From: Octopus vulgaris
Lineage: Eukaryota
Direction: 5' to 3'
Length of the DNA: 64,000 nucleotides
NCBI GenBank assembly: GCA_951406725.2
Contig: OX597814.1
Coordinates: 171,616,001 to 171,680,000, forward strand
Of this stretch, positions 1-13,484 are shown one piece after another (position 1 is the stretch's first letter; every line of letters begins with the position of its first letter). The translations under genes were made by a program, and so were the position numbers. The notes beneath the pieces were generated by a model, which had not been told where the DNA came from, searched no databases, and saw nothing but the letters and a program-made list of their open reading frames with translations.

Positions 1-250
1 GCATCGAGGGATGCATTAAAACCAGTTGTACAGTATCCTACCTGCGAGGGGATTGATGCAGGATGCGTCGAAACAATCGTAGTGAGCAATAAAGTTTCAC
101 GTATATTCAATTTTCTGTCTCTATCATTTGTTATATATACATACATGCATGCATACATACATGCATGCATACATACATACATACATACATACATACATAC
201 ATACATACATACATACATACATACATACATACATACATACATACATACAT

Positions 251-541
251 AATGGACTCTCCCGTCGTTAGACGACGTATGAGATTTCGACAATTTCTTA
301 CCGAACAACCACAAATGATTTATTTATAGTGATCAAATGTTTGTGTGGATATAAGCTCACTCCCTCCATCAGTTCAACATTACCTGTATGGGTGCGACCG
401 GTGCCACATATCAGATGATGAAATGATCACAGAGCAACATGAAATCAAGTGCTTTGCTCAAGAACACAACGCAACCTCCGATCTGGGAATCGAACCCACG
501 ATCTCGCAATCGCGAATGCAACACCCTAACCACTAAGCCAT
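251..541 (-). mobile_element. tRNA-derived SINE, family C
   Basis: Minus strand has A box TGGCTTAGTGG, B box GGTTCGATTCC and GTGTTCTTGAGCAAAGCACTT. A homologous copy lies at 51801-52077 and a tail-only copy at 34217-34352. Confidence 0.8.
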
Positions 542-719
542 GGATCTTCTGTCTGGTTTAAAAACCCACATCAGATGCCATGATGATTCTAAGGTGTAGG
601 TACAGGACGTGGTCAAACTCTGCATAAGGAGTAGACAACCACCATATATATATACAAATACAGGAGTAATTACATAGATGCCACACAAGATGGTAAAATA
701 GTCCTCGAATACCAAATGT

Positions 720-733
720 AGAGTGTGTGTATG

Positions 734-781
<48 letters not shown>

Positions 782-818
782 TATACATGCATATATATAT
801 GTATACATCCATGTATAC

Positions 819-852
<34 letters not shown>

Positions 853-1038
853 TGTATGTATATACATGTATATGTATACATATATATGTGCGTGTGTATA
901 TTTATATATATATATGTGTATGTGTGTGAATGTACATATACTTACATATATATATTTATTATTTATAGATGTATATATAGATATATGTATGCATATACAT
1001 ATACATACATATATACATATCTATATACACACACGCAC

Positions 1039-1088
<50 letters not shown>

Positions 1089-1100
1089 GCATGTGTGTGC
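720..1100. repeat. Compound (TA)n/(TG)n/(TACA)n microsatellite; representative of many such tracts in the window
   Basis: Directly visible dinucleotide and tetranucleotide tracts. Confidence 0.95.
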
Positions 1101-1368
1101 TCGTGGAAGAAGGTGATGTTTGTACCTGTGTTTTAGTAGTAGATTGAACATATTTACTGTCATTTCATTTACAATCAACTTTCATATTTTTGTATTTAAT
1201 TCAAGTAACAACCCGCATCTTAACATTCTCATATTCCACATACATATGTCATGTATTCCCATATATTATTTATTCTCACATACCATACTGTTTTACCCCG
1301 AATAAATGTTGTATGTATTATGTTCGTAAGTTCCAAATTCTGTGTACTAAACGTATATATTATTGAAT

Positions 1369-1602
1369 AAGGCGGCGAGCCGGCAGAAACGTTAGCACGC
1401 CAGGCGAAATGCGTAGCCGTATTTCGTCTGTCGCTACGTCCTGAGTTCAAATTCCGCCAAGGTCGACCTTGCCTTTCATCCTTTCAGGGTCGATTAAATA
1501 AGTAGCAGTTACGCACTGGGATCGATATAATCGACTTAATCTGTTTGTCTGTCCTTGTTCGTCCCCCTCTGTGTTTAGCCCCTTGTGAGTAGTAAAGAAA
1601 TA
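1369..1602 (+). mobile_element. Meta-domain SINE, full length, 16-bp TSD
   Basis: GGCGGCGAGC..GAGTTCAAATTCC head and GCCTTTCATCCTTTC-GGGTCGAT central domain. TSD GTATATATTATTGAAT at 1353-1368 and 1603-1618. Confidence 0.88.
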
Positions 1603-1629
1603 GTATATATTATTGAATCAGACCAATGC

Positions 1630-1845
1630 AGCGAGCTTGACACAATCATTTGCACACCGGATAAAAAAGCATAGCGACATTTCACATGTCTTTAGGTTCT
1701 GAGATCAAATCCCACCAAGATCGACTTTGCCTTTCATCCTTTCGGCGTCGATAAAATAATTATTGGTTGAACACTGGGATCGATGTAATCGACTTACTCC
1801 TCTCCCTGAAAAGTGCTGACTTGGTGCTAAAATTTAAAGCCATTA
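1630..1845 (+). mobile_element. Older Meta-domain SINE copy
   Basis: GACTTTGCCTTTCATCCTTTCGGCGTCGATAAAAT core with a diverged head. Confidence 0.75.
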
Positions 1846-2227
1846 TTTAGTCAGATCCACCCTCATGAGCTTGGCACCAACGCACACGTAACCATACATA
1901 CGCACAATCGAGCATCGTTACCCGTCTCTCTTTCTGTATACATGCACAATCGAACGCGGGCGCATACACACACACTCATTCATTTCGCTCTAAGTTCAAT
2001 CCAACCGAAATTTACCTAATTTTTCGTTTTCCCATGGGCGATAAAATAAGAAGCAGTCAGTTACTGAAGTCAGTGCAGTGGATAGCATTTGTCTAAATAA
2101 TCACTCTGATCACTCGTTGATGGAATACCTCACAGCACTAAAACGTCAAGCAGTTCACTGCATCTCTCAACACTAGTGTGTGTATGTGTAATTAACGAAA
2201 TATTAATAAGCGTACACATATATAGTA

Positions 2228-2745
2228 CCGTAAATCCTCGAGTATAGTCCGCCCTTGAGTATAATACGCAGGAGATTTTTAGGGGGTTGTACCTCTGAAA
2301 AACCTAAACCTTGTGTATAATACGCACCCCTTCTCTGAGTCGTGCGTAATTAAGCCAGCAGCACCTAGTCGAACAAACACTTCCGCGCATGCGTAATACA
2401 ATAATGGTGATGTTTTTAACTGTTATATGGGAATGTAAATATGTTTGCAGATTGTTTTTGTTACATGTTATTCTGTGTTCTGAATTCTATTATTTTAATA
2501 AATGTTGCTTACTGTAAGTCATGGATGAGTTTTTTATGACTTCATTGCTTTCAGGCTTAGCTTAAGGTATTTTTCACACCCGGCATCACAAAATGCGTCT
2601 GAATAAACAGTGCCCGACAGCAATTAGAGACTCGGACATTGCTTAGAAAATATTTTTCATTTTTAACCTCGTATATAGTACGCACTAGGGATTTTGACCT
2701 TTAAATTTTGGGAAAAAAATGCGGATTATACTCGAGGATTTACGG
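2228..2745. mobile_element. Non-autonomous Tc1/mariner (Tc2-like) MITE
   Basis: 25-bp TIR CCGTAAATCCTCGAGTATA(G/A)TCCGC with 1 mismatch, TA on both flanks, and internal sub-terminal repeats CCTYGNGTATAATACGCA. Confidence 0.88.
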
Positions 2746-3345
2746 TATGTAATATATATTGATAAAATGGAATACAGAGAGTAAGGAATATGACCTTTAT
2801 TCAAATAAGATGCTTTTATTTTCGGCATCGATTGATTTGTAAAATTTTAGAGTTTTCGATTTTAACCCTTTGCCTTTTCTGAGAATCTCACGACGTACAT
2901 GCATCTAATATGAAGCATATTCCCAATTTTTTCAACCATCAGAGGAACTTAGGACTTATGAAAAGAGAGCGTTATATTACTCAGAACCTATGAAGGCAAG
3001 GCAAATTAAGAGTCATGCTTGGCGTTACGGACAAAATCATGAAAATGCATTGCACAGTCAAGGATTCATTATATCATAGTAGACGTGCGAAAGTTGTGTT
3101 GCGAGTAAATGCACGCTTAAATAGATTCAGATATTTGAACTGATCCATATTTGACCTGTATATAGGCCGTATTAACTGCTCTTTGCCGTTGAGAACATTC
3201 CTCGCTTTAGGCAAGTGTTAAATATTTTTTTGTAAAAGTGTGGCATTAATGGAGTGGTTCTCAACATTCAGTGAAATAGCAAAATTCACTCATTCACTGT
3301 GACATTTAATTCCTGCTGCTTCAATGTTTGAAATAATTCTCTTCA

Positions 3346-3528
<183 letters not shown>

Positions 3529-4100
3529 TGAGTGAGAGAGCAGTTCATGCCATCAAAGTGACACTGGAGTAAAATATACGAAGCCCAATATACCCATCAT
3601 GACTACCCGTCTGATAAAGGTACACCAGGCACATGCATCACAACCATATGTGCGCGATATGGTGATCTCATATCAAGATAAACAGCACATGACCTTGCAG
3701 GTGGGGCCCAGTTAGAATTTTCTTCAGGTTGAGTAGCCCATCCCGCTCAAACGGTCCCTGAATAAGGGTTGCTTAAGGATGTTGAAAGAACCACCCATGT
3801 TTCCAGAGGTGAACTATTCAAACCCCAAAGAATCCCTCTCAACACATGGCTATGATGCTCCCCCACTACTTCTGCTCGTGATCAGAGATGCACATATCGT
3901 CAGCCACTAAGGGACATGCTCAACTGGTTAAGGTCAAACAACTGACAAGCAAATCTGTGGTATTGAGCAGAATATTTGCTGTAGCCCATCTTTTATACCA
4001 AGACAAAACAATGTACATGATAACACTTCCAATCAGTTAAGATCAGAAGCCATGAGAGCCACTGCCTGGTACTGCATCAGGGCATTTACTGCATCAGGGC

Positions 4101-4103
<3 letters not shown>
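3529..4103 (+). mobile_element. Interspersed repeat, probable non-LTR retroelement 3' part, embedded in (TTA)n
   Basis: Flanked by (TTA)n on both sides and ends in a tandem ACTGCATCAGGGCATTT. A reverse-strand partial copy lies at 61538-61650. Confidence 0.6.
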
Positions 4104-4145
<42 letters not shown>

Positions 4146-4163
4146 CATTATTATTATTATTAC

Positions 4164-4241
<78 letters not shown>

Positions 4242-4904
4242 CGGCTTGCATTGTATATCGCATCACGCACCAATCCACCAGTGTAACACAATACAACACA
4301 CTAATGCGGTCGAAAAGAAAATCAAAACATCTGAAGTAAATAATTTTGAAATTTATAAAATTTTTTGCATTTATTTATTTGCAAATGGGTTGTTTTAGCA
4401 TGTTAGACCTTGAAAAGGGATTTCAATTTTCAACACCATCATTAAAAAAATATTGTTAAATCAATTTATTAATCTTAAAAAATTAAATTCATTTGTAAAA
4501 GTAAAAAACGGGAAAAGTACGGTTGTTTGAAAATTTTCGGTAAAGAAATTTTGAATGGAAATGTATGTATGTCCCGTGACAAAAGTTTAAGATGATTTAA
4601 AGGACCAAATATATATTATAAGATGTAATGATGTATAAAAGTCAAGTACATTTTGAAAAGATGCAATTTCCTAGCTGTCGTTTCATTTCATCATGCCACA
4701 AAAATTCGAGAATATAAGATTATTCGTTTCGGTAATTCAGGAAAACCAAGTTTATTTCTTTTTACATTCCCCTCGCTTTCTGTTATGCTGCTTTTCACAT
4801 ATGCACACAAAAGGTTGGTTACCTAAAATAATGATGTAATTAATAATTATACTTATATGTTTGGTGCGTACATTCATGATAGGAAAAAAACATTTGTGCT
4901 CAAA

Positions 4905-5067
4905 GGTACAGGCATAGCTGTGTGGCTAAGGAGTTCGCATTGCAACCACGTGGTTTCGTGTTCAGTCCCACTCTGCGTCGCCTGAAGCAAGGGTCTTCTA
5001 TTATAGCTCAAGTCAATCCGTGCCTTGTGAATGAAGTTGGTAGACAGAAAATGTGCGGAAGCCCGTC

Positions 5068-5139
<72 letters not shown>

Positions 5140-5252
5140 GTCTGTCTGACTGTTTGTCTGTGTGTCTGCCTGTCTGTTTGCTTGTCTGTCTGCCTGCCTG
5201 TCTGTCTGCCTGTCTGTCTGTTTGTCTGTCTCTTTGTCTGCCTGCCTGCGTG

Positions 5253-5329
<77 letters not shown>

Positions 5330-5545
5330 CTGTCTGTCTATCTGTCTATCCGTCTATCTATCTACATACATACACTCATACTTACACCCGTAATTTAGCG
5401 GTTCGATAAAAGAGACAAATAGAATTAGCACCAGGTTTAAAAAATAAAAATAAATACTAAATCTGATTCGTTCGACTATAATTCTTCAAATGGTGCCCCA
5501 GCATGGCCTCAATCTACTGACTGAAACAGATAAAACAAAAAAGAT
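4905..5545 (+). mobile_element. CORE-type SINE with internal (TCTA)n/(TCTG)n expansion
   Basis: Head GCTGTGTGG..TTCAGTCCCACT and tail GCGGTTCG..CCAGCATGGCC..GACTGAAACA match the family copy at 9818. Confidence 0.8.
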
Positions 5546-5562
5546 AGAAGGTGATGATAATA

Positions 5563-5760
5563 GTTCCTAATTTAGGCTCTTGATCAGCAATATGAGGGGG
5601 CCGAAGCTGTGAATTAAAATGTTCCCAGTACTTGTTTGGTATTGTCTTTAAGCGAAGCATAAAAGTATAAGGCAAAGTTGATATCGACGGGATTCGAACT
5701 CATAAAATAAAGTCAGAACAAATTACCATGAAACAGTTTGTCTGATACTCTAACGATTCC
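5563..5760 (-). mobile_element. Degenerate Meta-domain SINE
   Basis: AGGCAAAGTTGA..GGATTCGAACTCA is the reverse of the family head. Confidence 0.55.
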
Positions 5761-5771
5761 TAATTATTTGG

Positions 5772-6020
5772 AATGGATTGAATTGGTTAACCTATGTTAA
5801 GTCCACTGCAGGACGAAGGCCTCAGCATGTTCTCTGCACCAACCACGGCCTGGCGTGGATGCCGTGGATTTATGCTCGTGATTATACTAGCTTGATGAGC
5901 CTACTCTGCCACACTGGCTCAACATGGCTTGGCAGACGGGTGTAGCTGTTATACTCCTATCCAGCAGTAGTCAAATCGATGTAATCGACCCCAGTGTTCA
6001 ACTAGCAATTATTTATCACT
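5772..6020 (-). mobile_element. Meta-domain SINE with RTE-LINE-derived 3' tail
   Basis: Minus strand reads GAGGCCTTCGTCCTGCAGTGGACT (EAFVLQWT, RTE C-terminal motif) downstream of GGGGTCGATTACATCGA. A homolog lies at 59684-59955. Confidence 0.6.
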
Positions 6021-6429
6021 CTAAAAAATTAGTAATAATAATTTCTGAAATAGGCACAAGGCCAGCTATTATGAGGGAGGCGTTAGTCGATACCATCGGC
6101 TTCAGTATTTCACTGGTACTTAATCTTATCAACTTCGGAGAAATAAAACAAAGTGGACCCAGGCGGTAATTGGACTCAGAAATGTACACATCCGGAATAA
6201 ATACCGCAAGCTACTGAGTCTAAAGCTACTGAAACAGTAGGAGATTTCTAGAAGAAATAGACAAGTAGATGGAAAGAAATGGAACTGCACGGCTAATTCA
6301 TGGATCAAACTAAGAATGATGGAATACTCATCTGATTGACGGGCAGAAACATGAAACGGTGGGTGGGGGTGGGGGCGCTATAGCGCTAATTAATCAACAC
6401 TCATTACAAATATAGAGGTCAGAGGCAGA

Positions 6430-6767
6430 ACTATCTCATAGGATGCTTGATTTCTCCTTGGTTCATGTGAATTTAAGTGGTTGACAAATACAGTCCTTGA
6501 GACGACTGTACTTCAATTCCAATTGGATTCCTGAAGCCATTGCACTCGAGTCTTGCGTACAGAGTGGTTCTTTTCAGAGCAGCGCGCTTCAGTGGCTTTG
6601 CTCATAGATATCGAATTCATTCTTGACAATTTTGCTCTATGATGCCCGGGTTTACGGTAATGCCTTTAAGTTATCGAAATCTATCTCCAGAACTTTAAGA
6701 CCGTTTTTTGCAACATCCTTAAATCGCTTTGTTTACGCTGTAGCCTTTTCCTTGTGGTCAGCTCCCT

Positions 6768-6768
<1 letters not shown>
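6430..6768 (-). pseudogene. RTE (BovB-like) LINE ORF C-terminal remnant
   Basis: Frameshifted translation ELTTRKRLQRKQ / RFKDVAKNGLKVLEIDFDNLKAL resembles the RTE pattern GEL..GKR..G....R.KD..K..LK...ID. Confidence 0.6.
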
Positions 6769-6814
<46 letters not shown>

Positions 6815-7799
6815 GTATATACACATACATACATACATGCATACATACATACATATATATATATTGCATATGCATGCAATCAAAAATGTTCCTGATAAGG
6901 TTTGAAACCACTATCTAGAGATATACGTTTAAATATGGTGAGATTGTTAGCATGAAAATGGTTACTATACATAACTTCATACATAAATGAAGGCATTTAC
7001 ACATACAGGCGCATATATACAAACACGCACACGCATACACATACCAATATTAGGTTTGTGTATGAGTATGTATTTGCTTTATGATCTGTCTGTATGAGCA
7101 TAAACATAAGTTGACTTCATAGCTGTCGCCATAAATTTAAAATAATATGTAAATAAATATATAGATTAAAAATGTAAAATATATAAGACAGTAGCTTTCT
7201 ACTAAAACATTTTTGATAAGAGCATAATTTTCTTTTTACCATGGATTTTTCTTGATAGGTACAACATTTGAGACAAACCGTGTACGCACATATTTGCTTT
7301 AGCAGCCATGATGGGTTAGAAAGTATAACATAAATAAGCTTATAAAAACAACAGGAAGTTGGTTTGTTTGGAGAAGTGGCCATGACAGTTCGTGGTGAAA
7401 TTGCAATTTCGAAACAAATGTGATATGATATATTACTTTTCTATATTGTTTTTGTAGTTGTTTATCTAAATTCTGCCCTGCTCCAGTTGATCCATGATTA
7501 AAGCCTTTCCAGCAATGGCCATCCTGTCTTTTCATATGTAATGATCTACGTATTTAGTAACATGTCTTCCAAGTATTTTCAAGACAGTCGAGTGTAAATG
7601 GAGGGAGATTTGACTGCTATATTAAGCTGTCCGTGTAACTTTATAGTGGATCCTTCTCTGGTGTGAATTTTGTCCTTGTATAAGAATGACCCTAATCCTT
7701 GCCTTAGCACTTTAAAGATTGACTAAATCGGATACTTAATTTCTTTTTCAGATTTAAACAATTTGCTACAATTATTGTTTTATTATTTCACCGCTGTAT

Positions 7800-8015
7800 G
7801 GTGGTGTGCTGGCAGATTCGTTGGCACGCCGGGTAGAATGCTTGGCGGTATTTCGTCCGTCTTTACGTTCTGAGTTCAAATTCCGCCGACGTCGACTTTA
7901 CCTATCATCCTTTCAGGGTCGATGAAAAAAAGTACCAGTCAAGCACTGGGGGTCGATGTAATCGACTTACCCACCACCCGAAATACCTGGTCTCGTGTCC
8001 AAATTTGAAACCATT
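7800..8015 (+). mobile_element. Meta-domain SINE
   Basis: GAGTTCAAATTCCGCCGACGTCGACTTTACCTATCATCCTTTCAGGGTCGAT. Confidence 0.85.
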
Positions 8016-8249
8016 ATTTCGGAGTTGTACTTGTGAAGCAAGTGACTTAATATGAGAGCATGCGTTAAAACTGAAGTATCACTTAATCACACTCGAAGTA
8101 TGTTATATTTTCACTTCTTTTAGTCGCACCTCTGCAACCTTAGTTACTAACACTGCAATAAATGAAAAGTGAATATATCAGTTTTGTGTGCTTTAGAAGG
8201 CTAAAATGGCTTTTCCACGATGCAATTGCTTTATTTAATTCTGAAATAA

Positions 8250-8465
8250 TAAATGGTTCAAGATTTTCGACAAGGATAACAATTTTAAGGGAGGAGGCAA
8301 GTTGATTAAATCTATCTCAGTAATTGAATGGTACTGCATTTTATTGACCTCGAAAGAATGACAAGCAAAGGTAACCTCGGCAGGATTTGAACTCAGAACG
8401 TAAAGCTCAAATAAAATTTGCAACACATTTTGTACGATGCACTAATGATTCTGCATGCTTGCTAG
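8250..8465 (-). mobile_element. Degenerate Meta-domain SINE
   Basis: GCAAAGGTAACCTCGGCAGGATTTGAACTCAGAACGTAAAG. Confidence 0.65.
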
Positions 8466-9817
8466 CAAACAGCATAGTTGCTGAGCATTCTATCTATCTC
8501 GGTCAATTGAACACTATAATGTCTAAAGTATTTTAATCATTATCTATTTCGAGCTATCCTTCCTCTTAAGAGATATTTGGTTACCAATTCTAACTGATCA
8601 GGCCATCTTCACATTCAAGAAACCTTCTGTACTCATCTACCACCTTTGTATGAATGTTTCTTTCTGGTTGGAATTTTAAAGTTTATTCTGCCTGGCCACC
8701 TGTATGGCGACAAGGTTGTAACGCAAAGTGTCTTACTCTCTTCGTCAGTCTTTGCGTAAACTTTCACTGCAGACTTTTAATTGTCCCTGTTGCCGTGATT
8801 ACTGATAGCGCATGGATTATGGAGCAGCGGAACTTCATTTTGATCCAGTCGGAATACCACATATCCTATTGTTCCAGTAATTATAAGTATAAAACCAAAA
8901 GTGTATTTTGGGCTGTGGATCAGCAGACTTCGCATCAATGATACATAGATGTCTTCTTTTAGATACGGAGAAGTAGATGCATGGCGAGTGTTATGATTTG
9001 AGATCGTGTATTGAAACTAAAACGATTGCAGCGTGGAAGAAACAAATTAGACCATTCAGAAAACCACTAAGACCGTGAACTTCACTTTAGCATTTATCGT
9101 TTGTAATAAGATGACAAAAAGTTTCGTCACACGAAGCCTCGCAACACAGCACAAATTGCTCAGCAATCTGACTGCAGCTTCGAACGACGAAAATTTTGAC
9201 ACCATGTTGCAAACAGTAAATGTTTAAGTGAAATTAAAGGTCTTTGTGTGTTTCTATATGGCTAACGTGTCTTTTCTACACTGCAATCGTTTCTTTAAAG
9301 TAGTCCTACTTTATTTTCTCCCATCTTATTTTGTTGTGATGTTTTGTAATAGCTAGGTTTTAGAGACAAGGGAAATGTTCATAAAATTCGTAAACCCAAC
9401 GAAGTCTGAGATTTAGGTTGCTAAATACTCCACTTTATTCCCGTAGACAGTAAAGTCATATGCACAAAGGGAATTCTCGAGGGTCTATATAGTGGGAAAC
9501 AAAAAATGCAGTGTCTTATGTTTAGAACGAGGACCGATGAGGGCATTGTAGAGCACTGACCGTATGGAAAGAAAAGACTGGTTGTTGTTGTTGTTAATGC
9601 GAGGCCTTAATGGCTTGCCATAACATGAACAATGAGAGAAAAGATAAATGGGTCTGTAGTGCCTGAGTGGAGGTTGCGGCGAGAAAATCTAGCTCTAAGG
9701 TTACTGAAATGTAAATTCGTATATATTTCTTCGATGTTTCCGCAGTTCATTACGATATTAAATGCACACAGTATAGTTAAAACAATTATCAGTCAAGATT
9801 TAAGAAAAACATTTGAT

Positions 9818-10213
9818 AGGCGTAGGAGTGGCTGTGTGGTAAGTAGCTTGTTTACCAACCGCATGGTTCCGGGTTCCGTACCACTGCATGGCACCTTGGG
9901 CAAGTGTCTTCTACTATAGCCTCGGGCCGACCAAAGTGGATTTGGTAGACGGAAACTGAAAGCCCGTCGTATATATGTATATATATATATGTGTGTGTAT
10001 ATGTTTGTGTGTCTGTATTTGTCCCCCCAACATCGCTTGACAACCGATGCTGGTGTGTTTACGTCACCGTAACTTAGCGGTTCGGCAAAAGCGACGGATA
10101 GAATAAGTACTAAGCTTACAAAGAATAAGTGCTGGGGTCGATTTGCTTGACGAAAGGTGGTGCTCCAACATGGCCTCAGTCAAATGGGTGAAACAAGTAA
10201 AAGCGTAAAAGAG
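9818..10213 (+). mobile_element. CORE-type tRNA-derived SINE, full length
   Basis: TGGCTGTGTGGTAAG head, CORE-like GCACCTTGGGCAAGT, internal (TA)/(TG) tract and tail GAAACAAGTAAAAG. More than 10 copies occur in the window. Confidence 0.88.
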
Positions 10214-10716
10214 TACACACACACACAAAATATATATGAACTTGCTAATTACTGAAATTAATACAAATTAGCACTTAAAAAAAAAACAATATTCATGTAT
10301 AAGTATTAGTGCATACGTGTGTTTCTTTTTATAGTACATATATAAGTTTATTTTTCATGTAATCAAATGTGCATATAATTTGACAAACATGTAGGTAAAT
10401 GTCCTGCGGCTCTCAAGCATCCGATATTTATTGCATGTGGCTCTTAAATTAAGCATGTTTGACAGGTCCTGTATTTTCGGGTGAATGTGTGTGTGCGTGT
10501 ATGTATGTATGTATGTATGTATGTATGTATGTATGTATGTATGTATGTATGTATGTATATATATATATATATATGAAATTAAAATCCGATACAAGGAAAC
10601 CAGGCTGCAATTCTAATATTTATTATATTATAATATTATATTACAATAATATATTAATATAATATTATGTTAATAAATTAGAATATGTCAATCGTAAGTC
10701 TCCATTTCTTTTCGTA

Positions 10717-11214
<498 letters not shown>

Positions 11215-11361
11215 TTGAGTACAGAAATTCGGGGTGAGTACTTGATAATGGACGCTTCAATTCTATGCTGTTGCCGCATTATGTCGTACGCGAATGAGAG
11301 GATTTGCATCCCCAACCAAGAATTTTTGATGTAACACATGTCCTTGTGGAAGCTGTTGTGC

Positions 11362-11439
11362 GCGGCTGAAGAAGGCCACAGACATACATTATGCATTGTT
11401 ATAAATCTGTCTAATAAAGGCCCGAAACATATGTACCGC
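11362..11439 (+). ncRNA. Type I hammerhead ribozyme motif
   Basis: GCGG-CTGAAGA-aGGCC...GGCCc-GAAAC-ATAT-GTA-CCGC. Stem I is GCGG/CCGC, stem III is the palindrome ACATATGT, and the cleavage triplet is GUA. Confidence 0.65.
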
Positions 11440-11649
11440 TGAATCCTTGGCATCATGTTTTTATTTTGATCAATTTATATATATATATATATATACATAC
11501 ATACATACATACATAATTACATACATACATACATATATATATGTATATATATGTATGTCAGTATGTGTGTGTATGCGTGGTGTTTATTTTCAACTGTATC
11601 GACCACAGTAAGAACAAGTGACGTTGGATCGACAGCTAGGCCAGGCCAG

Positions 11650-11835
11650 GCCTATATTCCATCCGCTCAGCAGGATGACGGTTCATTGCAGGGATTCCTA
11701 TTTACAGCTATGTGGACCGAAGTATCGTGAGGTGAAGTGTTTTGCTCAAGAACACAATGCACCACTGTTCTGGGAATCGAAACCACGACAGTAAGGTCGT
11801 GGCTACAACACCTTGACCACAAGGCCACGTGCCTT

Positions 11836-11838
<3 letters not shown>
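11650..11838 (-). mobile_element. tRNA-derived SINE, family B, diverged
   Basis: Minus strand TGGCCTTGTGG..GTTTCGATTCC..GTGTTCTTGAGCAAAACACTTCA. Confidence 0.7.
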
Positions 11839-12290
<452 letters not shown>

Positions 12291-12551
12291 GTTAGATAAA
12301 CAAATGTACATGGCTTGATAAAACACTACGAGGGACGATGAGTGGGGAGGTGAGAGTAATCGACACTTTTGCCAGTTGGAATAATGTTCTGTCAGAATAA
12401 TGTTCGTGTCACATTATCTTTACGACTGGAATAGTGACATTGTTAAACTCACCAGGCTTTCTTCAATTTCATTCCCTGTCTGTCTGCTCGCCCGCAAGCC
12501 GGTCTGCCTGCGTGTCAGCCGGTCTGATTGTTTGTAGTAAGGACGATACTA

Positions 12552-13105
12552 CAGGGTCAGGCAAAATGATCTGACACATTTGTAGGTTAAATAAAAGGCA
12601 AATGAAGTAAAGAAACAAAAAAAGTGTTTTTATTTTTAAAAAGTACATATGATGCCATTTTGTTTCATTATGTTTTAAAAATTAAATCAGTCAAATGGGA
12701 TCCATTATTGTCCACACACTGTCGAAGGCGTTCACGAAAGTTGTCAATAACTCGGCGGGTCATTTCATCTGGAATGGCAGTAATTTCTCGACGAATTGCA
12801 TCTTTAAGTTCTGGCGGCGCGAGGTCGGCCGGTTGATTTTCGTTTCAATGCAGATCCAGTAGCTCTGAAGTTGGTAATCCATAACAAGATCGTGTTTCGA
12901 GCTGGTACGGGATCATGTCTACGAATATTGAAGTGCAAACAGAACGCTCTTTGTGTTGCAGTTACAGAATCGTTTGTTTTGATAAACGTTTCCACAATGA
13001 AAGCGCGATGCTCACCAGTCCAATTCATGGCAGCAACTGAAAAAGGAACGAAAAACAATGCCTTTTATTTAAACTACAAATGTGTCAGATCATTTTGCCT
13101 GACAT
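12552..13105 (-). mobile_element. Internally deleted Tc1/mariner-superfamily transposon
   Basis: ~50-bp TIRs (CAGGGTCAGGCAAAATGATCTGACACATTTGTAG) after TA. The transposase N-terminus MNWTGEHRAFIVETF..STGRPR is fused to the C-terminus ELKDAIRREITAIP..NGSHLTDLIFKT; the DDE domain is absent. Confidence 0.88.
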
Positions 13106-13164
13106 ATACATATATAGAGTTACAGATGATAATCTTCCTTTTACTTGCGTCAGTCACTGGTCTG

Positions 13165-13460
13165 TACGTGTTCTTAGTGGTTGGAGTTTTTCGGCTTTAG
13201 ATCGTAAGGTCGTGACGTCGATTCCCGACGACGTGTTTGTGTCCATCCGCAGGCAAAAACGTGTAGTATTTCCGGCGGCGCTCCTGTATACTCCGCAGAT
13301 AAAAAATGTGTAGTATCTCTTTTCTCCAAGGGCCAGCCTTGTCCCAATTCTTTGTCACGCTGAATCTCTAGAAACTACATTAAGGGCACGCGTGTTTGTG
13401 GAACAGCCTGCTTCGTTGATCGGATAAACTAGAACACCTCGTTGTAACCGATGGAGAGCT
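13165..13460 (+). mobile_element. Old copy of SINE family A
   Basis: Tail CCAGCCTTGTC..GTCACGCTGAAT..GTTGTAACCGATGGAG is homologous to 13527-13915. Confidence 0.65.
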
Positions 13461-13484
13461 AGTTTCATTGTATTGCGGCCATGT

